DNA of 64,000 nt from Octopus sinensis (lineage: Eukaryota): positions 114,514,001-114,578,000 of the forward strand of contig NC_043002.1 of the NCBI RefSeq assembly GCF_006345805.1, written 5' to 3'. Shown one piece after another: positions 37,188 through 50,018 of this stretch (the stretch's first letter is position 1; each line of letters starts with the position of its first letter). The notes below the pieces were generated by a model. It was given only the letters and a program-made list of their open reading frames with translations, was not told where the DNA came from and did no database searches. The position numbers were made by a program, and so were the translations under genes.

Positions 37188-39230
37188 CACTGGTCAACTA
37201 ATTTCTTGTTGCATTGATATCAACTAATTTAAGTGCATAGATTTCAGATCTAAAGTTGGTTATTTCCTAAATACTCTAATTGTTTTGCCTTCAAGGTATT
37301 TCAAAATCTCAAAATGTTGTCTTCACATATGTAATTAAACTCCCTTTAAATTAGCTGGGTATTAAAAAAGAAAATGCAATTTAGTATAAATTTATTCAAG
37401 AATACAAATTGAAATGATTTCCCTAAAAAGCAAAGGTTATGGTTTATATAAAACTGATTGATAAATAAGATATTAGTTACTATGTGTAGGCAAAGCTCAG
37501 TTGCAGTCTATTCATGCAGGAATTTGCGCTTGAATTTGCGTTTATGGACTGCCCCAGGGCAATCTCTCTTAACGCTCCAGCAGTAGTCTGTCATTATATG
37601 TTTGTCCCATATCCCTTGGTAACGCTCTTCCATGGTCTTAAGGTCCTGAAGGAACCGCTCACCTTATTCGTCACTTACTGTTCCTAGATACTCATGTTAC
37701 TTCCAAAATTACGAAAACCTGACAACATAGCACGAGAGTTTCATAATTGTCTTCCCTTTTATTACCGAGGAAGTTTTCTATTTCCGCCACGAATGAAAGC
37801 CATGCAGTCCTTTCCTTGTCATTCATCTTTCTGCTAAATTCTATATCACTTACAAATGCACGAATCTGCGGTCTGTCAAACACACCTGCCTTGATCTTCT
37901 CGAAGGACAAAGCAGGGAGAACAGAAACTATGTGTTGGGAGCATTCATCGTCAGTATTCAATGCCTTGACAAACTGTTTCATCAAGCGCACCTTGATGTG
38001 GAGCGGAGGAAAAATGATCTTTTCTCGACTGACAATTAGATCATTGACAATATTTGGCATACTTGCTTCCAGAGTCTCACGTATGGCCCACTCTTTCTGG
38101 TTCCAGCGCTTCTCTCGAGCTCGGTTATCCCACATGCAAAGATAGCAGGGATACTTTGTAAATCCTCTTTATGGAACTAGGAGGAAATTAAACGTTTGGA
38201 AGCCCACGCAAATTGTCCAGTTCTGCTCGTGGCATTTTAGTAGGTCAATCACAGTTTTAATGTCATTATGCTCCTCTCGTAAATACACAGAATGACCAAC
38301 TGGAACAGTTTCATAGACATTGCCATTATGCAGTAGAACAAATTTTAGGCTGTGCTTTTGAACTAACTAGAAATAATCGACAATTATTTGGATTGTACAA
38401 TGGAATCCCTAATGCCTGAAGAAGACCTGAGATATTACAATAAACAAACATTCCCATGTCTAAAAAATTACGCAAAAACCTGCTCTTATTTTTGGAAGTA
38501 TAAAACTTTTGTTGTATGGCTCAGTAAACTCTTTTCTTGCAACCTGGAGGCTAACACTTCAGCTGCTTTTTTGGGAAGATCCAAATCAAGGTGATTCAGC
38601 TCAGGCTGGCTATACTGCTGAGAAGTTGAGGACTCTGAAAGTATTTCGGATTCGAATTCTGTAAGTATTTCTTGATTTTCATCATCAGTTCCTTGCCCTT
38701 GGTCGCTACCCGCATCTTCAGATGGAGAAATTCCTTTAAGAGCTGGAATTGGTGGCTTATCAGAGTGCAGAGTATGTCGGATTGCTGAAAGGGATTCTAG
38801 GATATGAGATGTTTTGTCTGTTTTTTCTTGCCAACACCCTTTGTGTTTACCACACAAAAATAGCAATCAGTTCTGTGGCCCTTCATGGTAATTCCGAATG
38901 GAAAACCCTTACGTTCCCTTTCTGTTCAGTCACGCAGCATTTCCTCGTAGTTATGACACACAATAAGTGGAGCCTATTTTTTTGTCTTGGTCGCCAAGTG
39001 TAAGTCCAAACACCTTTGATGAATAAGCTTGAAGCATCCACAAATGTAACAGAAAGCATCCGACTTGTTCACACATTGATGGCTCTTTATAGCCATGATC
39101 AGATCTGAAAGAGAAACAAGACAACTTTAATATCTCTGTTGATAACATAACCGTAATTAATTTGCTGGACCGCAAACGGCTTGGATGCAAAACTTAAATT
39201 TGCATGAAAACTAGAGGATGTAGAACATAA
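37188..39230 (-). mobile_element. Chapaev3-like (CMC superfamily) DNA transposon, decayed transposase, one end truncated
   Basis: Remnants GLTLGDQDK, QPELNHL..DLPKKAAEVLASRLQEK, LCMWDNRA, IIFPPLHIKVRLMKQFVKAL, EKIKAGVFDRPQIR, AWLSFV..NFLGN; a CACTGG terminus at 37188. Family named from recalled consensus motifs. Confidence 0.8.
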
Positions 39231-39307
39231 CCGCTCTACAGAAACACATGCAGGCGCGTGTACACGCATAGAGACAAACAGACAGAAACACAGAGACAAA
39301 CAGACAG

Positions 39308-39352
<45 letters not shown>

Positions 39353-39379
39353 CCCACACTATATGACTGAAGCAAGGAA

Positions 39380-39785
39380 AAGAATAAAAGAATATATATA
39401 TATGTGTATAAAGATGGTGCTCCAGCATGGCCGCAGTCAGATGACTGAAACAAGTGAAAGAAATAAAAGAAATACCACAGCTGCTTTTAATTTCTGTCTG
39501 CCAGATCCACTCATGAGGAAGTGGTCAGCCCGGGGCTATAGCAGATGACAGTTGCTCAAGATACCACACAGTAGGACTGAACCCGGAACTTCTTACCCTC
39601 AGCCATGCCTGCACCTACCCATTCCAGCGCCTACATTCTCTAAAAAGAAAAAAAAAAACTAAGAAAAATACAACAATTTCCCACTGTATGGCACCATGGG
39701 TAAGGGTCTTCTACTCTAGCCTCGGGTCGACCAAAGCCTTGTGAGTGGATTTGTTAGACGGAAACTGAAAGAAGCCCGTTGTATA
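39380..39785. mobile_element. SINE family B pieces (39380-39610 minus; 39700-39785 plus)
   Basis: CCAGCATGGCCGCAGTC tail motif; GCCTTGTGAGTGGATTTG.TAGACGGAAACTGAAAGAAGCCCGT body. Confidence 0.7.
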
Positions 39786-39794
39786 TATATATAC

Positions 39795-39852
<58 letters not shown>

Positions 39853-39869
39853 TATATATATATAATTGG

Positions 39870-40990
39870 TGAATTGAAGAAATGGAGCTGAACGCAGATT
39901 GAACAGAAATCGTTTTATTTCATTCTACACGTGTTTCGAAAGGCACAATTTACCAAAATCCGATTGAATAATGGGACCATATTGTGTCTTTCTCTTCAGG
40001 AAGAAAATAGGAAATCCGTTGGAAAAAACAAAAACAGAACAGAGGCGGAGCAAAAACAAATCGAACTAGGCTCCTAAGAGCCCATGGCGAAACTGTTTAT
40101 CAGTGTATGTTGAGAACCGGTGGCTGAAGAATTTAACGGGTCAGGCATCGGTCAATCATGTGGGTGAGGGTGTATAGATGTTCTTTGTGACCGAGAATAA
40201 AGTTCTGACTATTTAAGGAATATTGGATGTTTTATAAGGGGCGAGAAAAAATCTACTTAGAGACATGTGTGTGTGTATACTGTTCTATATATGTGTGTGT
40301 TGGCGTAGGGGTAGAAAACATTTTTTGTGTACGTGTGTGCGTTTGAACGTTCGGCTGTCAGTGGCTACTGCAGTGAGAACCGTTGGGTGGCAGAAAAAAA
40401 AAATATATATTATGTTTTATGTGTGTGTGTGTTCATCTAAGCCTGCCTTGTCAAGGAAACCCCCCGTTGTGAAAAAACCAAGCCCCGTTTATCTTACAGG
40501 AGTAATTCCCCTTGCAGTGGTTAATCGTAGATATCTTAAAGGCTATTTCAGAATTTGTTACCAAGGGCTATGGGTGCCGGTATTATTTATAAACGCTATT
40601 TAAAAGCCAGATAAGTGTAACGCCGCCAATGGGGGCATCGAAAAGCCGACTGTAAAAGCCCGTTTACCATCCGGCCTCTGGCAAACAAAATATGGAAGAG
40701 TTCGGAGACACAAAGGTTGCACACTGCCTTCTGCCCCTATCAAATGGGAGGGCCACCGACAAAATTGACCATTCCAGCCTGTAGCTTAAGTTCGTATCCT
40801 TCAGTCGCCATATTAGCTTACTGAGTCCCGTGGTCTGGCGCTTGTTCATGTCCCTTCAATTATCCGCACGGTTGCAACACCATATGGTTGTACCTCCAAC
40901 CGTGCTGTTTACTGCTGTGATTTTTGCTACTAAGGTATCGGTTAAACTTTTGATTAATCTACTACTAGATTATTCATCTTTCTATTTCGC

Positions 40991-41010
<20 letters not shown>
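39870..41010 (-). mobile_element. Penelope-like element 3' portion (GIY-YIG C-terminus, UTR, terminal hammerhead)
   Basis: TTGLSKLIWRLKDTNLSYRLEWSILSVALPF...QC matches TxLSKxIWxLKD...WxIL..A.PY...RCxLC; HHR at 39918-40007. Confidence 0.75.
39918..40007 (-). ncRNA. Type I hammerhead ribozyme with canonical core and extended stem II
   Basis: UUUUCUUC CUGAAGA GAAAG-A-CACAAU...AUUGUG-C-CUUUC GAAA CACGUG UA GAAUGAAA: 5+6-bp stem II, palindromic stem III ACACGUGU, GUA triplet. Confidence 0.85.
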
Positions 41011-41025
<15 letters not shown>

Positions 41026-41027
<2 letters not shown>

Positions 41028-41532
41028 TAGCAGTATCGCCCGGCGTTGCTCGGGTTTGTAAGGGAAATAACTATATAAGCATTTTTAGAGAGTTACTTCC
41101 CTTATAGATGCCAATTCGGGCTTTCTTAGCCATTTCTGTTTTGGTGTCTTCAAGCCATGAAGTCGTTGTTCTAAAAGAACGCTCGTCTCCTTGACAACGC
41201 TTTACGACGTTGATTTCCTTACACTCCCTTCCCCACAGCTTCACGAGGGAGGGAAAGGGGAGAAGCAAACAGGTGCAGGTGTGACCATGGACGCCAACTC
41301 CGCCGCCATCGACACCGAATAATTATGCATTAAAATGGATAAAAAATGATGTTAAATTATTTTTAAAATCGTAGACTCATCGTAGACGCGCGCTAATACT
41401 CAGACGGGCTCGATATGAATCACGACTATAAGATACCCGGTTTTGGTTAAACTGCACCGCAAAATGTGGGAGTAGTTAGGAATCTAAATCGAAGGGGACA
41501 GACACTCACACAACTACAGTTTTATATATATA
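41026..41532 (+). mobile_element. Non-autonomous Helitron/Helentron-like element
   Basis: Same ends as 11023-11411, with about 120 extra internal bp. Confidence 0.62.
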
Positions 41533-41597
41533 TACATACATACATACATACTACATACATACATACATACATACATACATACATACATACATAATTA

Positions 41598-41754
41598 CTT
41601 TATTTAAAGCAGCAGAAAATTCAACAAAACCTGTTACTCTGAGTTTCACGTTGCCGTTCATCGGACAGTTTTTGCTAGAAAAACTGTCCGATGAACGGCA
41701 ACGTGAAACTCAGAGTAACAGGTTTTGTTGAATTTTCTGCTGCTTTAAATAAAG
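41598..41754. repeat. Perfect palindrome with 76-bp arms and 5-nt spacer
   Basis: 41598-41673 is the exact reverse complement of 41679-41754. Confidence 0.97.
41684..41721 (+). ncRNA. Minimal hammerhead ribozyme (U4C variant); mirror copy on the minus strand at 41631-41668
   Basis: CUGU CCGAUGA ACG GCAA CGU GAAA CUC A GAG UA ACAG: 4-bp stem I, GNRA-capped stem II, stem III ACUC-A-GAGU, GUA triplet. Confidence 0.72.
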
Positions 41755-41899
41755 CATATTACTCTACCACTGGTATTTGAGTACTCTTTTTCCACCTTGT
41801 TTCACATTTATGTGTTTACTCCGGTATATATATATATATATAATATAATATATATATATATATATATATATAAACACAATACGCACATATGTTTATGTG

Positions 41900-42080
41900 T
41901 CTGTGTCTGTGTTTGTCGCCACATCGTTTCACAACCGATGTTGGTGTGTTTACGTCCCATTAACCTAGCGGATCGGCCAAATATCTGATAGAATTAGTAC
42001 CAGGCTTTACAAAATAAGTACTTCAAGGCAGTGCTTCAGCGTGGCCGCAGTCAAATGATTGAAACAAGTTGAATATAAAA
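41900..42080 (+). mobile_element. SINE family B 3' half
   Basis: CCGATGTTGGTGTGTTTACGTCCC...TTAGCGG and GTGGCCGCAGTCAAATGATTGAAACAAG tail. Confidence 0.75.
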
Positions 42081-42129
42081 GATAAAGATAAACCTTATTA
42101 ACTTAATATGGAAATTTTTCTTTTTCTTT

Positions 42130-42330
42130 ATTATTTTACTAGTTTCATTGGTTGAACTAGAATACAGAGTAAAATAGGTAATCATAGGAAACTGGCGAGG
42201 ATCTGTATCGGTAACATTTAGTCTAATTGGAACGTTCGTGTGAGAATTCAATGAGTTTAATGGCCGTGGGGCGAGAGGAATATAAATGCTGGGTTTTTGC
42301 TTTTCATCTGATTGGGGAAGACAGAGAGAG
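42130..42330 (-). mobile_element. Decayed PLE 3' end
   Basis: FIFLSPHG (IFxLxTLxPxG(I)N-like) followed by a half hammerhead GAAAC UA GUA with a decayed 5' core. Confidence 0.35.
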
Positions 42331-42599
42331 AGAGAGAAAGAGAGAGGGAGATAGAGAGAGAGATAGAGAGATAGAGAGCGAGAGAGATAGTAGAAGGGAG
42401 GGAGATGGAGGAAAAGAGAGAGAGTGGGAGGGAGGAGATAGAGGGAGAGAGAGAGAAAGAGAAAATGTGTTATCACTTTAATTATAGGCAAGTAAATTAT
42501 GAAAGAACTCAAGTGGACGAGTGGAAATGATGTTGGGCGTGAGTAGTGGAAAGAGAGACTGAGAGTGAGAGATAGAGATAAAGATAGATAGACACAGAA

Positions 42600-42665
<66 letters not shown>

Positions 42666-43019
42666 GGTGATGAGAAGAAAGAAGGAGGAGGCTGGAATTG
42701 GAGAATGCTTCATGTTAGGTAATAGAAGGAGGTGTTTAAGTAGCAAAAGGGAGAAAGGAGGGAAAAGATGAAGAGAGCGGAAGACAAAGAGCAATCACAC
42801 GTAGAAGGCTATTTAAAAGTGCTTAAGTACTTAGAATAATAATTTATAAAGGAGAAAGTCAGAGGGAGGTTGATTAAGTAAGGTGTGAGGTGAGCAAAAG
42901 GGTAGGGTGGGCTGAGAATTAGTGACGGATGTGTAGAAAGAGACGAAACCACAAATATGGCAAATACCGCAACTAGAGTTGTAGGTATGATGTCGTCCAA
43001 GAGTATTCCATATTTAGAA

Positions 43020-43885
43020 AAAGTGAAAATTTGTTCAATCACATCGAATGCATATTCATAAATGCATTCATTTGTGTAAATGAGTGCACATTTAAATACA
43101 GCGTACATTTAAACACATTAAGAGCTTTCCATCATAGGAATCCCTTACGCTAGAAAGAACAGCTAAAGTCCAAACCACTAATTAGGGATAAATTCTCAAA
43201 GGGAATGAAAAATAAAAACATTTACCATCTATATTTCCTGGACCATGGTTTCTGACTTTTTTAGCAAATAAAATAATTTCCTAGGCGAAGTCTTCGTCAA
43301 CAGTTACGCCAAGAGTAAGTACAGGTACGCCAAGAGTAAGTACAGGTACGCCAAGAGTAAGTACAGGTACGCCAAGAGTAAGTACAGGTACGCCAAGAGT
43401 AAGTACAGGTACGCCAAGAGTAAGTACAGGTACGCCAAGAGTAAATACAGGTACGCCAAGAGTAAGTACAGGTACGCCAAGAGTAAGTACAGGTACGCCA
43501 AGAGTAAGTACAGGTACGCCAAGAGTAAGTACAGGTACACCAAGAGTAAGTACAGGTACGCCAAAAGTAAGTACAGGTACGCCAAGAGTAAACACAAGGC
43601 CAATGCAGCATGTGCCTCTTGCTTATGCATTTTGAAATCCACCACGCAAGCGCAGTTTTTATCGGCAGCAAAAAGATGCCGGCAATTTCTTCGAACGAAT
43701 CTTCCAGAAATCATTATACATAATTAATAATACAGGACAATAAAGGTTTGATTTGGACTTTATCTGTTCTTTCTAGCATAAAGGATTCCTCTGATGGAAT
43801 CCATTACGCTAGAAATGTGTTTACTGTGTTTAAATGTACTCTGTATTTTATATGAATAATATATTGTCTATTGACTAATTTTCTA
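43020..43885. mobile_element. Foldback/MITE-like element with long imperfect TIRs
   Basis: About 43088-43175 aligns as the reverse complement of about 43745-43852, with weaker matches extending outward; partial copy at 11745-11957. Confidence 0.7.
43305..43590. repeat. 21-bp minisatellite (TACGCCAAGAGTAAGTACAGG), about 13.6 copies
   Basis: Read directly; only three single-base variants among the full units. Confidence 0.98.
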
Positions 43886-43944
43886 TACGCTAGGCCACGG
43901 GTAGTAAACATGTCTAAAATCTTTATTACTCTGATATTATTAAT

Positions 43945-44053
<109 letters not shown>

Positions 44054-44679
44054 AAGAGTGAAAAAACTGCAGAAGGCTTGTTTTATCAGGTTAAAGAATA
44101 TATTTAAGTTGTTATGTTAGAAAAATGGGATCTTTTCCTTTTGATGGACGGAATTCAACACAATTTCTAGTTAACTAAACAATTTGAAACTTCGTATACT
44201 GGTAGAATGTGTCAAAAGAAAACATTATTTTCACTTGGCTTTTTTGAGAAAATTGTAATTTTAAAGTTTAACGTAGTTTAATTCTTCGAATTTTAACCAA
44301 TGAATTGCTTATGTTATTTTCGCAATTTATACAGTACAACCATTAAATAAGTAAATAGTATTTTCCTAAACAATAAAGCCACTTATTTCGGTTAGTGACT
44401 TATTCACGAATATACCAACAAGAGTGCCCCTGACGGTAGTATTCGGGAACGCACAAAACCCCTTTTCAGCGTTATTTACTTTCAATTGTTATTATCTCTT
44501 ATCTTATTACCCTGTTATTACGTAACATGCTTCACGATTTTAGTATACATACCTTATTAGTATTTCTTCCAATGTTCTATATACTCTGGAAACACATTAA
44601 AGCCCTTTTCGGGGCTACTTTATTTGAATTCTTACTATCGGGTAACTAATTTCATGTTATTACATAACTGACTTCACAA

Positions 44680-45550
44680 TTTGGGTATTCATAACTTATT
44701 GGGAATTCCTAAAATCAAGATCCTGTGTAAGACAGTTCGGCATTCTCTGTAAATGCACAAAAGCCGTTTTAAGGGCTACATACTTTGTATTGTTGTCATT
44801 GGGTTAGCAAATCAGTTATGAGAACGGAACCAAAGGATAAGCCTCGCTTCCCCGGGGATTACCGGGTACGACAGCCAGTATATATATTCATGTATGTATT
44901 CACGAAAGCGGTCCGTCAACCCAGTAATAGTTCCGCCTATGTTGTAATACATTGCAGGGTTTGCTCATGAGCAGGATATGTTTGAAGTCAATAATAAAGA
45001 AAGATCAGTTGATCGATAACACTGTAGTGAGAAGCAAAAAAGATCAATTAATCATTTTCTCATAGTGAAATGAGCTAAATATTTGCTGAATGCTAAAATT
45101 TAATGAAGGTATAAAGGCAGGTTAAATCTCATGCGCCTCTTTAGTACACAGGTGTGGTAGAGTCCAGCGAAGTGAAACAAAATAGTGTAAGGGTGCTGAG
45201 CAGAGAATGATAAAGAGAATTGAAAAACTGGGAAGACATCTTCAGGTAGGTTGCCAATGCATAAGTAATTAGTATCCATAGCAAAGAGGAGTGTCTAAGT
45301 GAGGAGAAAAAGGAGGTGAAAAGGTCGGTGATTGCTTAGTATGTTTCATGTGGGATTGGAGAGCAGTGACGAAGAGGGAGTCTAGGGATGATTTTGCTGG
45401 GAGTGTTACAAGTGGTGTCCATAAAACTGCCGGAATTCTCGGGCTTGTGGAGTTTCGGAAGGAAATAGACGGTGAACATCCAAAGTGTTTTAAAATATAA
45501 ATGTAATGATTGTGGGTGAGGGTGGGGAAGAAAAGAAGTGCTCAAGAAGT
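44680..45550 (-). mobile_element. Decayed, internally deleted Penelope-like element
   Basis: YFLPKLHKPENSG (FYxLPKIHKPxNPG), LLFAMD, and YNIGGT..LTDRFREY (YIGET..L.xRFREH). Confidence 0.65.
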
Positions 45551-45599
45551 ATTGTTGCTATGTGACTCTTGGTCAGGCATGATCAAACAAATCTAGAAT

Positions 45600-45770
45600 T
45601 AAAAAGACATTACAGCTGTGGCCATTCCATATTTTGTCCTTTACAGGTACGGTGTGTCTGGGTTTACATTATCGAATACATAATTTTCATTAAATACGGG
45701 AGGATGTGATTTGAGGGAGATTTGACCACTATTTGTAGCAGGTCGAGAAAACTCGTTGATGCGCCCACTT
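45600..45770 (-). mobile_element. Additional SINE-like dispersed repeat (family D)
   Basis: GATTTGAGGGAGATTTG...TATTTGTAGCAGGTCGAG; reverse-complement matches near 7390-7440, 16030-16090 and 62470-62530. Confidence 0.55.
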
Positions 45771-48084
45771 TTATTTTTATATAGAGGAAATGCGTTGTGC
45801 AAAATGGTAGGTTCGAAATGTACAGTTTCAGAAGGTGTAAATTGTTAAATTTATCAGAGTTTCCATAATGTGAAATTATTGACCGTATCTCGAAATTGCG
45901 GTCCTATTCATGTAAATGTGAAATCCCATAATCTGAAGTAGCTGTAACGAGTGGGGATGTCTGTATGTTAATAAATTTAACTTTACAAATGCTCTGAAAG
46001 ATTATTTTCTTTTTATAAAAATGCAACAAATCAGTCTTCTTTATAGAATGATCAATATCACAGAAAATGTCAATTTTTTTCTCAAGTAGAAGATTTTCCT
46101 TGTTCTCGATCCAGTGTTGTTCTTTAGAATGGGGAAACCAAAAACTCCCAATCTTCCTCATCCTAAGTTTTGTAAATCTTCATATCTATAAAATGAATAA
46201 TTACATTTTACAGTATTTTAAATTTAGGCAACCATCTATTTTGAAATAATATCTCACCGAAAGACTTAATATGAGAATACTATGATATATAGGAAGAGAA
46301 ATCAACGGTGGATTTCTTGATCAGAGGAAATCATTCTTTATAATTTTTTTATAATTTATATAATTTGTTTATAATTTATGATAAATCATTCTTTATAATT
46401 TCTCAGAAATATTTCACATACAGTGTCAGCAGTCTTTGGAAAAGCATGAATGTCTCAAGTCTACAAATTTCTAATTCCTAAAATGCCATGCAATGTTACA
46501 AAGCTTTATTCTTGATAAATGAGCTGATATTCTTACCAGAAGGCTGAAAATCATTTATCTCAGTTATAAACCATAAATTCACTAGACAAACAAGCGTTGT
46601 TTTTTCCACAGTGGTATGACAGAGCGCTTTAACAATCTCACAATTCAAAGCAAACCCTTTTAACTGGACAACATTGAATTCATCGTAGCTGTGTCAATCT
46701 GACCTGACAACAAAAGCTATCGATCTTTTAACCTGACAGAAGCTTGCCGTGAGCATCTAGCTTGAATTTAATGGCCTCAAATAATGTCGACATGTGATGA
46801 GAAATAGATATATGTAATGGTACCCAAACTAAGTCAATGGCTTGTAGTCTACAATATTGCTCTCCTACTTTCTCTCGGCATTTATCACCTTTATAATCTA
46901 TAAAACCTTTTTCTTTCCATTTCTCACACTCATCCTCCCCTGTCTCATTTACATCTCTTTGTATCTTCGTACATATTCCTACACACATACGTATAAACCA
47001 ACACACTTACACAGTGCATACATATAATAATGTAATATATATATATATACGCAAACACATAACCTTTTAATAGCTTATGATAGCAGCCTAAACTAGCAGT
47101 TAGGCAATGCGATAACCGTGTATTAACATTCTAAATGGCCATTCTATCGATTATAATCAATCATTCAATATTTGATTTATTCACACAAATGTAATACATC
47201 GAAGGAATTTCACATTTTATTCATAAACCTATATATTCATGAATGAGAATTAAGCACTATTAACGTCAGTTGATAGGGAACAGAACTTATTACAATAATT
47301 CCTTTTCTATGAAATGAGAGCTGTGGGAAGGCTACAATGATTAGGGAACAGCTACGTATACAGGAGAAATTTAAAATATGTCGGATGGCTACAAGGATTA
47401 AAAAGAAGTGGTCACTATACAATTCGCAACAGTTTGCTTTCTATTGTGTGCGTCGGTTGACAATATAATATAATCAATCAATGGATATACATTCGTCTCA
47501 TATAATGCAAGTGTTGCAAACAGAGCTAATTGCTTAACTTTCAAACATTAATATATAACAAATTGCTTTGATTCGCCTAATTACATTAAGCAATCAATGG
47601 ATAATTAGCCCTAATTACTTCAGGATAGTTCCTATCCTTGTTGGATTTGAATCTGTCTCTTTCTAAGTTAATGAAACACTTGTCAATTAGACATTGATTT
47701 CAGCTACGTGGTGTTAAGGTGTATCTTCTCATCCTATCTATGGAGATGGTACAGCTTCAGCCCACAATTGACAGGCTCAGTTTTCGATTGCCATCTGACA
47801 AATTCATGGTTTTTATACTCACGATTCTTACATTTTTTGTTCGATTTACGACCCTTCTATAATAGCTTCTTAGCTCCTACGTTCACTCGACATGTTGGAA
47901 TTAGCAGCAATATCTCCTTCAGAAAATGACAAAGAGCAAGTCACTCACTATTTTACAGTAGTCTTTAAATTTCATCGAACAAAATTCCTAAGAAAATAAA
48001 ATCTTTCGAAAGTTATACAGTACTGTAACTCTTCTTTGAGTACCAATTGCAAATTCATCTACAGCTCTGTTTTGTCCTTCTGTG

Positions 48085-48923
48085 AAATTTCCACCTTGTA
48101 TAGTAAACAAAGATAACAAGCGATTGCCAATAAATCAAATAGCCAATGCTATTAGAAGATCCTGCGAGAAAGTTGAGAATATTCTTCACATTGAACTTAG
48201 CATGACGAAGGCTTCTGCTCGGTGGGGGCCTCGTCTTCTAAGACCTGATCAAAAGTGCACCAGGATAAGCACATCACGGGGAAACTATGATATTGTTCGA
48301 GGCAGATCCAATTGGATGTTGTGCGTTTCCTCAAGCAGGATGAGTTTTGGGTTCACCACTTTGAGCCAGAGATAAAAAGACAATCAATGCAGTGGAAACA
48401 TCTCACCTGCTCCAACGCAGGCCAATGTCGTTTCATCTGCAGGGAAGGTGATGACCTCAGATTTTGGGGATGCAAAAGTCATTCTATTTATTAACTATTT
48501 TCAAAAGGGCCACACCATCAAGGGAGAGTACTATGTCAACTTACTGAGGCAGTTACGAAAGGCTGTGAAGACCAAACGCCCAGGAAAACTAACGAAAGGG
48601 GTGTGCGTGACTGTGACTTTCAACTGGTTGATCACTCGCCCTATAACCTTGATTTTCCCCCATCTGAATATCATCTGTTGTCTAATATGAAAAAACACTT
48701 GATTGGGAACCAGCATCGCAGTGTTGATGACATCGTATCTGCTGTTGATAACGTATTTGATCAACAAAATGAAAGCTTCTTCATCAATGAGATCCAAGCC
48801 CTGCAACACCCATGGAAGATCTGTGTGGACCGCAAGCGGGGGCTATGTTGAAAACTAAGTCTCATTTGACTATATTCCACCATAGTACCTTGTTCAGGCT
48901 ATGATCTTTTCAGCCGACATTTG
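48085..48923 (+). mobile_element. 5'-truncated mariner, irritans (Himar1)-subfamily-like, with 3' TIR
   Basis: ILHIELSMTKASARWGPRLL, EYYVNLLRQLRKAVKTKRPGKLTKGV, HSPYNLDFPPSEYHL; the rc of the 3' end TA|CAAATGTCGGCTGAAAAGATC resembles the Himar1 ITR as recalled. Confidence 0.85.
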
Positions 48924-49495
48924 TATATAGATAAATAGTTTAACTCAATACATTTTAGCTTCAAATTTTCCACGCTTAACAACAGTTATCGATTTTAACC
49001 GAGTAATCTAGTTATTTCCTTTAGCTCAGGGGTCTGCTGAGTGTGTTTTGCATTATATATGTGTTGAATATATGATATATATACAATTATATATGTCTTA
49101 TATATACAATTATATATGCGTTGTTTTATATAATATATATACAATTTTATATGTAACAATTAAATCATATATTACGGACTTAATTGTGTTCTGTTACGTG
49201 TATTATTCCCCGGTCTGTGGAAAAACTACCTTACATGAAGCCGGTTTCGGGATGCTGCCTAAACCAATGACAGGCAAACGTTTTTTGATTCACCAGTTCA
49301 CTGCAATTCACCAATTCGTTAGAGCCACAACAATTTACCGCAACCGTTACTGATTTTTTAAACTCGTGTTTCTAACATTTTGGTGTTTTATAATCTTACT
49401 TTCTAAATTTATTTTATTCACACTCTTCAAAACTAGAATGCAACTGTTTCCTATAAGTCTGCTTACTTATCCTTTAACTGACGTTTCGTCTCCCT

Positions 49496-49538
<43 letters not shown>

Positions 49539-49779
49539 TTCCCATCTATCTCTCTCTATTTTTCCTATGCATACGAAATAAATAAATCACTTGTCTTTAC
49601 TTCATTGCTTTGAAAATTCAGTCAAGAACGAAATAGTTTGCAACCAGTAAGCATTCATTAAATTATTATTTTAACTGTTCACCATGTTTTGAGTAATGTA
49701 TTTTGTTTGTAACTTACTTAGAAAATACGAACTAGTACTTTCTTTACTGAATAAGCATAAACACATATCCTCTAAATAT

Positions 49780-49842
49780 GTATGTATGTGCATGTGTATG
49801 TGTGCATTATATATGCACATATACATACAGACAGACATATAC

Positions 49843-49923
<81 letters not shown>

Positions 49924-49984
49924 CATATATATACATATATATACATATATATACATACATATGTGTGTGTATCACTTTCTCTAC

Positions 49985-50018
<34 letters not shown>

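Noticed and set aside
43305-43590. CRISPR-like regular array
   Set aside because: The 21-bp units are contiguous with no unique spacers, there are no cas genes, and the context is eukaryotic; it is a minisatellite.
46728-47006. 92-aa ORF with a VWVPLH motif resembling RNase H WxPxH
   Set aside because: A single weak motif with no other catalytic residues or flanking LINE evidence.
49230-49500. Partial hammerhead-like motifs (CGAAACCGG, CGAAACGUC) on the minus strand
   Set aside because: The 5' core is missing or unrecognisable. The same applies to remnants at about 5460-5510, 23262-23320 and 42130-42175.
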